A stretch of DNA of 64,000 nucleotides from Octopus vulgaris (lineage: Eukaryota). The position numbers and the translations under genes are program-made. This document shows positions 52,430 to 64,000 of this stretch, piece after piece (the first letter of the stretch is position 1; each line of letters begins with the position of its first letter). The DNA lies in the NCBI GenBank assembly GCA_951406725.2, contig OX597833.1:59024001-59088000 (forward strand), in the 5' to 3' direction. The notes beneath the pieces were generated by a model. It saw only the letters and a program-made list of their open reading frames with translations, was not told where the DNA came from and made no database searches.

Positions 52430-52872
52430 GAGACATTTGAACCCTGAAATGCTTTTCACTGCAGCTTGTTATGGAGAACAAATTCTCTGGTGCTGAGCGG
52501 TTACTGTTGCAGTTGAGCGTAGCGGTCTTCTTCCAGTGGGAGAAGTCCGAAACGTGGTCCTTTGCTATTCGTAAAACCCGCAGAAGAGAAAGCAGGTCAA
52601 CCCCCGACACCGAGAGCATTGACGGATAGATGAATGCGCATTTAGGCTCAGCGGTTGCGTAAAAAGTCGGGGACAAGAAACAGAAAGGAAGAGTGAAAGA
52701 AAGTTGGAGCGAAAGAATACAACAGGGGTCGCCACCACCACCCTGCCGGAGCCTCGAGGAGTTTTAGGTGTTTTCGCTTAATAAACACACACAACGCCCG
52801 ATCTGGGAATCGAAACCGCGATCCTCCGACCGCGAGTCCGCTGCCCTAACCATTGGGCCATTGCGCCTCCAC
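52430..52872 (-). mobile_element. SINE family C head with a third tail (Z)
   Basis: Family C head at 52690-52872. The remainder differs from tails X and Y; its left boundary is uncertain. Confidence 0.7.
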
Positions 52873-53208
52873 TCTCTGGTGCTGATGAGAAGAGTTCGAA
52901 ATGCATGCATCCATCAGTCCAATCGAGGAAGAGCTGAGTTGACAATAGCGTTTGATACTTTTTTGTTTTCTCCAAGACAAACTCCAGTGAATAGTTTTTT
53001 TTTTATGGGTTCAAATTCTCTCAAATATATTTGAATTGGTTTTAAATTTCTTGTTATATCAACTTCCAAAAATGTAATTTCAAAACAAAGTCTAGAACAT
53101 CCAACAAAGGGACTGATTGAAACTTGTTTTACTGCTGACTCGATTTATTAAAACTGCTAGCATACCTGCACTCAGTAATTTATTATTTTGATAATAAATA
53201 ACTAAACA

Positions 53209-53703
<495 letters not shown>

Positions 53704-53897
53704 AACAAAATGATACTAATCCTAACCCATCTCATCCTAAAACTAAACTAACAAATCTAGGAATAAAAACCGAAAAATTTATAGACAAAACGAATAATAT
53801 TAATTCAAGAAAAGGACTGATTGAAACTTGTGTTATTGCTGACTCTCTGTGGCCACCTTAGAAGTAACTTCCGATAACGATAATAAAAAAATGGAAA

Positions 53898-54180
53898 TGA
53901 ATCTTAATGAACTGTTAAATTACATTGAACTTTGTTCACTCTTCACTCTAAGCAGCTAAAAAGGCTTCTTAAAGGCTTAATTTCTCAGCAAGACTAAATC
54001 CACAGAAATATGAAACTGCCTCTCTGTAAAGGATGAAAAAAATAGCGGTGAGTGAATCCTAATGAACTGTTAAATAACCGCGGATCTTGTCCAGTCCTCA
54101 TTCCAAGCTGCTAAAAAGGCCTCTTAGAGACTTAATTTCTCATCGACACTAAATCTTTAGAAACATGAAACCGTCTCTTC
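53898..54180 (+). repeat. Diverged ~155-bp tandem duplication
   Basis: tgaatc.taatgaactgttaaat...gctaaaaaggc...cttaatttctca...actaaatc...gaaa.atgaaac occurs twice. Confidence 0.8.
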
Positions 54181-54825
54181 ATTTATTCATAAGCCACATT
54201 TATTAATACCGTAGAAGCTAATTCTACCGCCACTCCATTAGAAATTAGGCGGCTAAAAATCTGTATTTGCCGGTGAATAAGTCGCGCTCTTGCATAAAAC
54301 AAACCTCTACATTTTGTGGGGGGAAAAAACCAACAAATTTAATGTTTCATCATAGACTCAATACCCATGGCAACCCATCCGTGATGCGGCCGCATTACAC
54401 GCGTGGCCATTTCGTTACGTTTTAGAATTAGAAATAAAATGGCTGTCTTATGCAGAAGCTTTTACGATAAACTCCATTAGTTCAGCCTGATTACATGAAC
54501 TCTCTTAGTACAGTCTGGGCAGAAGCTCTTTGACAATTTGTCACGTCTAGGAAAGCTGGAAGTGGCAAGTGAAGAGAAACTCATTCCAAGTTCAGGAAGA
54601 TTCTCTGAACACAGCACACGAACCGCCCCCCTCCTCTCACTCAACCTGTTCCTTCGTCTAACTACTCCTCCTCACGGTCTCTCTCTATATCTCCTGCCAC
54701 CTCTTCCTCTATTATCTCTCTTCCATTTCCCCCTCTGTATTTATTTCGCTTTATTTCTTTCCTCTTTACCTACTTTCTCTCTCTCCCTCCCTCCCTCTCG
54801 CTCTATCTCTGACTTTCTCTCCCCA

Positions 54826-54881
<56 letters not shown>

Positions 54882-55029
54882 CCTCTCTCTCTCTTTCATA
54901 GAGCTATACTACCACAGTGAAACTATTTCTTCCATAATCGCCACCACAACCACCTCCATCTCTATCGCTTCCATTCTCTCCGTCGGTACCACCAACGTCA
55001 CCTTGACTTCAACATTCCACCTCAACCTT

Positions 55030-55960
55030 TATACTACCACCACCACCACCACCACCACCACTACCACCACCACCACCACCACCACCACCACTATCACCAC
55101 CACCATCATCACCACCATCACCACCACCACCACCACCACCACCACCACCACCACCACCACCACCACCACCACCACCACCACCACCACCACCACCATCATC
55201 ACCACCACCACCACCACCACCACCACCACCACCACCACCACCACCACCACCACCACCACCACCACCATCACCACCACCACACCACACCACCACCACCACC
55301 ACCACCACCACCACCACCACCACCACCACCACCACCACCACCACCACACCACAACCACCACCACCACCACCACCACCACCACCACCATCACCACCACCAC
55401 CATCACCACCACCACTATCACTATCACCATCAGTAACACTCTGCCTCCACCACAACTGTCACTGCCGCCACAACAACACCATCACCACCACCACCATCAC
55501 CACAGCAACTACATTACCGCTGACACCACCACTATGCTACCGCCACCACCACCACAACTACCACCACTGTACCACCACCACCACTACGACCACATCACCA
55601 CTATCGCTCTACCATCACCACCACCACCACCACCACCATCACAACCACCACCACCACAACTACACCGCCGTCACCGGCACTATATTACCACTAGCACCAC
55701 AGTACCTCCACCACAGTTACGTCACCGCCGCCATCACACCACCACAACTACACCACCGCCGCCACCACGACTACCACACCACCACCACCACCACCACCAC
55801 CACCACCACCACGACCACCACCACGACTACCACTACACCACCACCACCACCACCACCACCACACCACCACCACCACCACCACCACCACCACCACCACCAC
55901 CACCACCACCACCACTGCCATCACCATCACGGTACCACCACCATCCACTCCACCATCAGA
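55030..55960. repeat. (CAC)n microsatellite and degenerate derivative
   Basis: Direct reading of the sequence. Confidence 0.9.
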
Positions 55961-56108
55961 AACTCTGAAATCAAACGCTGCCAGAGACTTAGCATCCGTT
56001 TAGTGTTTCTGCTAGCTTTTAGTGCCATCCTGAGTGTCACATATCTTAGTGAGGTGGGGTGGGGGTGGAGGGAGCAGTGTATGTATGTACGTGTCTCTAT
56101 ACACACGT

Positions 56109-56256
<148 letters not shown>

Positions 56257-56257
56257 A

Positions 56258-56297
<40 letters not shown>

Positions 56298-56377
56298 CAC
56301 ACACACACGTTCATTTAAAAATATGTATCTGAATATCTGTGTCGCACATAATTTTTATATCATGTGTATATGTTTAT

Positions 56378-56445
<68 letters not shown>

Positions 56446-56621
56446 CTGCATTTCGTGTAGATATTGATAACTGCATGCCTTTGCGTCTTATCAGTGCGTC
56501 TATGTGTATGGCTGTGTCTGAATGTATGCGCATGCGCGTTTCTGTACATGATTCTATGTGTGTATATATCTATGTGCTTGTGTATGTATATCTATATTTG
56601 CGCGCATGTGTGTATGTGCAT

Positions 56622-56655
<34 letters not shown>

Positions 56656-57023
56656 GACAGAGAAAGGGGGAGCTGAAGTTCCTGGTCTACTTCTAGTATA
56701 TGAATGTGTATGTATGTATGTATGCCTAGCATAAACACTGACACATGGATACATTAACATACATATGCACATACACACACACACACACGCACTCACAAAA
56801 CAGTAATAAATGAAAGAAACACTCACACATTGAACAGAGATACTTACATACTTGTAATATGTAAATCTATGTTTGCGTGACTGTGGTAGTGGTGATGGGG
56901 CGGTTGTATGATTGTGTGTAAAAGCATATATATATTTATATATATGCAAGAGTGTGTGCATTTGTATGATGTTTCTGTGCGGAGTTTTAAATGATGTCAA
57001 GTTACATCAAATGCTTAATTATG

Positions 57024-57067
<44 letters not shown>

Positions 57068-58809
57068 CACACACACAAGTACGCATACGCACACCACATG
57101 CCTATTGGAATTTGTATCTTAGACAGCGCAAGATATTTCCGAGCATACGAGAGGTCTTTACAGAGACGAGAGGCTTTTAGTTTCATATAATATGAATCAC
57201 CATGAATAGGATAAATTTAATAAAGATCGGTATAAAATTATTTACGTTAAAAAATTATGGTGTACACCTTTATAAATTTAAACTTAGATACAAACAGATT
57301 TAATCTCAACAAACAGATTTGGTCTCAGAAAGCTTCATGCTGGATTATTTTTCTGTGCCAACGTTTGATGAGCCAACGTTTAATTCCACTTTTCATTGCT
57401 ATAATGAGGCGCTGCATAATAGTGGCTTTTCGAAAAGAAATAGACCTGGAAATATCTTATGATTTAATCCAACATAGAGTTTAAATATAAAAACCAACAT
57501 AGCTAAGAATGATTTTGATATAACCTTTATTCAATTTCCAACATCGAAATAATATAAAAAACACATTACTTGTAAAAACATTACTTTATAAACCAAAAAT
57601 CTCTTCAATATCAACAACGTTTCATTGTCTGCTCGCAATTGTAGAATTCTAGCAACTGTCCCCTAAACGTAAATTAACAGCTTAAAGCGTTAGTTTACCG
57701 GGAAAGAGTACACGTGCTGACCATAAGTCTATCTATAAAACATACTTTAGATTGATTAAAACAAATTCAAGGTGCGTTTTTTTTTTTACCAAGAATTCAT
57801 TTAGATATCCAGAAAACAAGGGTTTCTCGCGTGCTTATATATCTCTATTTTTCAAGGATTTCCTCTCGGCTTCTTTTAAAATATACTACGTAATCTTAGA
57901 ACATGGAAGCATACACAAACATGGCTTCCACTGCTGAAGCTTTGTATGCTTAATGTTTAAGTATGAAATTCTATATTTTATTCCAGGAACCATAAGCATT
58001 GGATCGAAAATCCGCATTGTTAAATTCTTGCAGACATGCGTCGAAGCATTAAGCGGTAACACATTACCGTCTAATGACTGAAATCTATTGAACAATTTCG
58101 TCGAAATTTTGGATCCAAACCGCAATTTCTATTCATCTTTATTGATTATTTTCACGCACCCGGAAATGAAGAATCCTACCATTTTTTGTTGTTGTTGTTA
58201 TTGTTGTTGTTGTTTTTTTTCCATTTTACAATAGAGTTACGTCCCTTAAGCAGTTTAGCTATTTACAAACATACGCTGAATTTATTACATAAAATCTGTT
58301 CTGTCTGTCTGTCTGCGTGTGTATCTTCTAGGATCTCGGGCATCCTCCATCCGATTGCGCTCAAATTTGATATGTATATACCGACGGTATCAGGGCGTGT
58401 ATAAGTTTGAAAAAATTACAAAAATCGATTCCAGGTGAGAATGCTATCGATAAAGCCGTGGGAACGTGCATTTGTAAAATCGCTTTTCTTGGAATAGAAA
58501 AAAAGTCTATCTTTATTTCTTCTTTTGCTGGTGTCTCAAATTTAGGTTAAATCGGTGTTTCTCAAAGGGGAGGCCTATGGGACGGTCGGACAAGTTGTTT
58601 TGAGAAAATTTGGTTTAAATGTTTGACAACTCAGCACGGGGGCGTTTTTCTCGTATTTATATATTTTTAAGTAATTTCAGAAATATTTCAAGTAATTTCA
58701 AGTATTTCCAAAATATTTACTATCAACTCACTGTGATTCGTGTACAAATTTATGTTTTCGAAGACCTTTTCACCAACTTGTCGCATATTATTTCCCTCCG
58801 TCACTTTCT

Positions 58810-58881
<72 letters not shown>

Positions 58882-59185
58882 TTCTCACGCTCACCTTCTT
58901 CCTGTTTCACTCGCCTTCCTTTCCTTTCGTTTTCGACATAGTTCCTCCTCTTTCCGACCCCTCCCTATTATGTTTCCATATATCCCCATCATACGTAAGC
59001 TTTTACTTAGAAATATATCTGAGGCTTCTCTTTAAATATTTTCTCAATGTTTTCACTATTTATTTATTTATTCTTAATTTTCGGGTTTCTTTTTCTTTGT
59101 TTTCTCTTCGCTGATGTTTGAAAATCAGGAACTGAGAAACACAGACGGAACGATTTACCAAGCTTTCGCTTTCATTAAAATATAT

Positions 59186-59280
<95 letters not shown>

Positions 59281-59469
59281 AACACACATACGCAAAAACA
59301 TACACAGATACACACAAACACACACATAAACACACAAACACACACACAAACACAAACATACAAACACACACACGCAAACGCACATACACCCACATACACA
59401 CAAACATACACAAACACACAAATACACACACATACACATGCATGAGAAAACATATGTATGCATGTATAT

Positions 59470-59677
59470 TCTTTTACTTGTTTCAGTCATTTGACTGCGG
59501 CCATGCTGAAGCACCGCCATTAATCGATCAACTCGACCCCGGGACTTATTCTTTTGTAAGCCCAGTACTTATTCTATCGGTCTCTTTTGCCGAACTGCTA
59601 AGTAACGGGGACATAAACACACCAGCATCGGTTGTCAAGCAATGCTAGGGGGACAAACACAGACACGCAAACACACT

Positions 59678-59736
<59 letters not shown>

Positions 59737-59887
59737 GACGGGCTTCTTTCAGTTTCCGTCCCACAAGGCTTTGGTCGGCCTGAGGCTATAGTAGAAGACA
59801 CTTGCCCAAGGTGCCACGCAGTGGGACTGAACCCGGAACCATGAGGTTGGTAAACAAGCTACTTACCACACAGCCATTCCTGCGCCT
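59470..59887 (-). mobile_element. SINE family B, full length
   Basis: Reverse complement of the family B pattern seen elsewhere in this window. Confidence 0.85.
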
Positions 59888-59904
59888 ATGCATACATATA
59901 TATA

Positions 59905-60005
59905 AACTCCTAAATGCAAATCAGCATGGCTTTCGCTGTGGCAGGGACTGTCTAACACAGCTCTTACACCACATTGAAGATGTACTCAAAGCCTTGGGAA
60001 CATGT
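59905..60005 (+). mobile_element. CR1/L2-type reverse transcriptase fragment
   Basis: LLNANQHGFRCGRDCLTQLLHHIEDVLKALG contains the QHGFRxGRSCLTQLL RT motif. Confidence 0.75.
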
Positions 60006-60060
60006 TCGAACTATATATATATATATATATATATACTTTATTTCAAAGCAGCAGAAATTC

Positions 60061-60114
60061 AACAAAACCTGTTACTCTGTATTTCACGTTCCCGTTCGTC
60101 GGACAGTTTTTGTT
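60061..60114 (-). ncRNA. Type I hammerhead-like motif with U4C core change
   Basis: AACAAAAACTGT-CCGACGA-ACG ggaa CGT-GAAA tacagag TA-ACAGGTTTTGTT. Stem I is 12 bp with one mismatch; stem III is imperfect. Confidence 0.6.
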
Positions 60115-60831
60115 AAAATAGAACCGATATGCCAATTCTATCAAGACTAGTATAAACGCTACACCTTTAAAAATGGACTTGTTTGATTGGTCCTTTCAAA
60201 TAACGGTCATATTCGAGCGATAAACAAAAATGAGCTCAATATAAAATATAAAAAATATATAAAATTATAAAAGTCGAGGAAAAAACCTTACATCGAATCT
60301 TTGGTTAAAATACGTATTGTCATTAATAAAGAAAATATAATCAATACATGGAAATTGAAATTAAAATATTAAAATGCATTAAAATATTTCACAACAGTAC
60401 ATACTCATACTAAAGTATACATATATACATCAACATACACAGATAGATGTATATATACAGACATATAAATACAAAACGAAAATATACACACAAATGCATG
60501 CACACATATGTATACGCAATCTAGCTCGCATGCAAAATCACTGTATCCATATAGACTATAAGCTAAATTCATGGATGGGGAAGGGGCGTTCTATAACAGA
60601 AAGCTAAAGACATAAGTAAGGGAGGGGGAGTAAAGTTACAGGGCTCTATACAAGTAACGAATAGAGAGAGAAAAAACGAAAGGAAGGAAGAGGGAGAAAA
60701 AGAAAAAGAGATTCTCCCTCTTCTTTATGAAAGTTCTCCCGTTTTCCATTTGCTTCTCTCGTTGTTTGTGTATTGAACTCATTTGTTTTCGTATTTCATG
60801 TTTACTGTTGGTGATGTCCTGTACCCATATA

Positions 60832-60886
<55 letters not shown>

Positions 60887-60924
60887 TTACATATGCATAC
60901 ATATATATATCATATATATGTATG

Positions 60925-61065
<141 letters not shown>

Positions 61066-61256
61066 GTAGATAGATAGATATGCATATATATATAATAGTA
61101 GGGAATATAACTCCAAAACTTACAGAGAAAAGTTCAATTTAAAAATTTTAAATCAAATTTCACAATATATAATATATATATATAATTCAGAGAAAAACTT
61201 CTATTAAACAATTCAATAATGGAAGATGTTATTCACATCATATAGAAAACATATAT

Positions 61257-61378
61257 TATAAAAGCCTTATTCTAAAAATCAATAAAGTACAATAAAAAGT
61301 AAATAGTAATTACTTAGTATAAATTTACTATTTACTATTTATTGTACTTTATTGATTTTTAGAATAAGGTTTTTATAA
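61257..61378. repeat. AT-rich inverted repeat, arms about 52 bp
   Basis: ccttattctaaaaatcaataaagtacaataaa.agtaaatagtaa / ttactatttact.tttattgtactttattgatttttagaataagg. Confidence 0.85.
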
Positions 61379-61750
61379 AAGTTGGTGTCGGTATATCCCC
61401 CTGTTTAACAACATTACCCTCTGGAATCAGTTCTGACAGAGTACCATTTAAGTTGAAGTAGGCATTCACACCAATGTGTAGTTAGACAGACATGTCAATA
61501 AACTTGGATTAGTACCGTATTCCAACTTCTTAACATTCTCCACGATGTATTTCTATTGCCACCGAATGGAAGGTCTTCGATAGATAGACAAAAGTTTTGG
61601 CAAGAGGAAGTTCCTGTTCTACGCTCTTCTCTTGCAACCATCTGAAACTAAAGGTCGCATCTGTGATCTCCTACCGGATCTAAATCCTCACTGAACCTTC
61701 GTGTCATCGATGTAGATTTACAACTGATTTATTTAAAGTCTGGCGAATAT

Positions 61751-61983
61751 CTATTTCTTTACTACCCACAAGGGGCTAAACACAGAGGGGACAATCAAGG
61801 ACAGACAAACGGATTAAGTCGATTATATCGACTCCAGTGCGTAACTGGTACTTATTTAATCGACCCCGAAAGGATGAAAGGTAAAGTCGACCTCGGCGGA
61901 ATTTGAACTCAGAACGTAACGGCAGACGAAATACGGCTACGCATTTCGCCCGGCGTGCTAACGTTTCTGCCAGCTCGCCACCC
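61751..61983 (-). mobile_element. SINE family A with ~12-bp TSD
   Basis: ctgg(c/t)gaatatc on both sides. Confidence 0.88.
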
Positions 61984-62004
61984 TGGTGAATATCATACCG
62001 ACAA

Positions 62005-62360
62005 ATTTGTTGTTGGCATCCTTTTTGTCTCGGAAGACAATGAAGTTGCGCATAAAATAATCTGGTCCGGCTTTTACATTTCCTGTCATAATACATCTCC
62101 TGCTGTGGCTGTGATAGTCCTATCCTGGACAAACACTCCCTCTGGCAGGTGCCGCAAATGTAGCGAAGACTTTGCCTGGCCGGTTGTAATGTCATACTTT
62201 CTTGTTGACGTCTTTTCTTGTCTTTCCATTTCTCCTCTCTCCCTCTGTCACTCCTTTGTATTCCCTCTTTTACGGTACGTCGCCAATCTCCACGGTTGCT
62301 GGCAACTGCTTCCCAGTTGCTAATATTGATGTCGCAGGCCTTCATGTCTCTTTTAAAAAC
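62005..62360 (-). mobile_element. RTE-clade LINE 3' end
   Basis: KRDMKACDINISNWEAVASNRGDWRRTV...YICGTCQRECLSRIGL is the RTE C-terminus (WExxAxDRxxWR; CxxCxRxCxSRIGL). Short 3' UTR ends in caacaac. Confidence 0.8.
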
Positions 62361-62587
62361 AAATACAAATAAGGAAATGCAACGTAAGTCACTACAGTTG
62401 GACTTGGCATTTTTTCTCTTGTATAGTGAAATCAATATAACAACTCACTAATTCTGTCGAACTGGTGAACCAGTCCATACGTTGACTATCAGTGAGGTCA
62501 CAAAATCAGCCAGTACATGCTTAGTAGTTTTAGATCGTATAATATCATCTCCTGGTGTTTTTCCTGAGTTGATCTGTTTCATAGTAA

Positions 62588-62907
62588 GGATCTTTTCCTT
62601 TTGATAGCCAGATTTCAAAACAATTTCTAGTTAACTAAACACTTTAAAACTTCGTATACTGGTAGAATGTGTCAAAAGAAAGCATTATTTTCACTTGGCT
62701 TTTTTGATAAATTTCTAATTCGTTTGTTTAACGTAGTTAAATTTTTCGAATTTTAACCAAACGTTAAACAAACGAATTACAAATTTATCAAAAACGCCCA
62801 GTGAAAATAATGTTTTCTTTTGACACATTCTACCAGTATACGAAGTTTTAAAGTGCTTAGTTAACTAGAAATTGTGTTGAAATCTGGCTATCAAAAGGAA
62901 AAGATCC
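62588..62907. mobile_element. Fully palindromic 320-bp MITE with 8-bp TSD (CATAGTAA)
   Basis: Arms of about 150 bp are reverse complements (ggatcttttccttttgatagccagatttca...). TSD at 62580-62587 and 62908-62915. Shares acattctaccagtatacgaag with the 3780-4214 MITE. Confidence 0.92.
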
Positions 62908-63066
62908 CATAGTAATTTTGATATCCTGTATATGAGATAATAATCATGGTTATTACCGTTACTAACATGGTGCGACTGTAGATCTTTTATGATATTCTCA
63001 TCTATTGTGCAGGGATTGGGGAAAGGTCTGTGAAAGGTGCTTTGGGTTAGTTAAAATATATTTATG

Positions 63067-63112
63067 ATATACTGAAGAAAGCTGGAGGATATATCAGCCG
63101 AAACGTTGTGTT
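63067..63112 (+). ncRNA. Degenerate minimal hammerhead motif (PLE-type)
   Basis: CTGAAGA-aaGCTGg aggatata tCAGCc-GAAAC-GTT. Stem I is weak. Confidence 0.45.
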
Positions 63113-63216
63113 AACAACAAACAAAATGAGGACAAATATCCGTCGAATGTAAATAATGTAAATAATGTACCAGGAGTAAGACCGAACCTGAACAAACCAA
63201 AATAATAATAGTAATT

Positions 63217-63360
<144 letters not shown>

Positions 63361-63874
63361 CAGTATTGTTGTTGTTGTTGCTGCTGCTGCTGTTTTTGCT
63401 GTTATTTATTTATTTAACTACTTGGTATCCTTAGGATTACATCTGTTTTGCAGCCTCTATCATGTAATAATAATTTCAGTGTATAATGAATTATTTTACA
63501 CGCACTGAAAATACCATTACATTATGTAGGCTGCGAAACGGCTGTAACCCTAAATATATCAAGTGGTTATATAACTATATATATACCTCTCACACCCCAG
63601 ACATTTTTTGATTTATATAATTTCATAGATATAATTTCATTGATTGAATCTCTTGGATTTCAGCCGTATAAAGATCCCTTGTATTTGATTACTATATGAT
63701 ATGATAGCCGGATCCACTAAAGGGGCTTTCTGTGAAAGCCGCACGATTCTATGAATCCATTTATCGCACTACAAATTTAATTATATATTTTCGCCTGGGT
63801 GTCTCAAGAGTGAGCCTGTGGTATGTTCTCTTTATGTGTTAAATCGATGCTCATAATGACTAAACTGATTGTGC

Positions 63875-63906
<32 letters not shown>

Positions 63907-64000
63907 AGTGTGTGCGTGTGAGTGTGTGTATGAGCGCGTGTGTGTATCTAATTATGTATTTATGTATATGTGTATATATGTATATATATATATATATACA

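Noticed and set aside
54538-55968. 476-aa Thr/His/Pro-rich mucin- or extensin-like ORF
   Set aside because: Built from (CT)n and (CAC)n tracts open in several frames, with a TTG start and no domain or splice evidence.
61776-62435. 219-aa ORF as a host gene
   Set aside because: Chance read-through of an RTE C-terminal fragment into a SINE.

Overview
AT-rich, microsatellite-saturated eukaryotic DNA, intronic or intergenic, with no recognisable host protein-coding exon. The SINE repertoire and repeat density suggest an octopus/cephalopod genome (inference). Nearly all ORFs in the supplied track are translations of simple repeats. The window is a patchwork of four tRNA-derived SINE groups, decayed LINEs (R4/Dong-like, RTE, CR1/Jockey-type, Penelope-like), DNA-transposon remnants (pogo/Tigger, mariner-like, Helitron, 8-bp-TSD MITEs) and about eight hammerhead-ribozyme-like motifs. 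The standout feature is at 28.9-33.9 kb. There a 150-bp segment covering the PD...D...KxxKY catalytic core of an R4/Dong-type restriction-like endonuclease (RLE) has been amplified into 33 in-frame tandem copies, giving a 1672-codon stop-free frame with four shuffled variant sites. An independent duplication of the same domain lies about 3.5 kb away. Other notable items: an intact-looking hammerhead at the tip of a long hairpin (51.3 kb), two unrelated hammerheads sharing a U4C core change, and a SINE that forms head-to-tail multimers through a fixed AG|GTATT junction. SINE and remnant boundaries were read by eye and are approximate.
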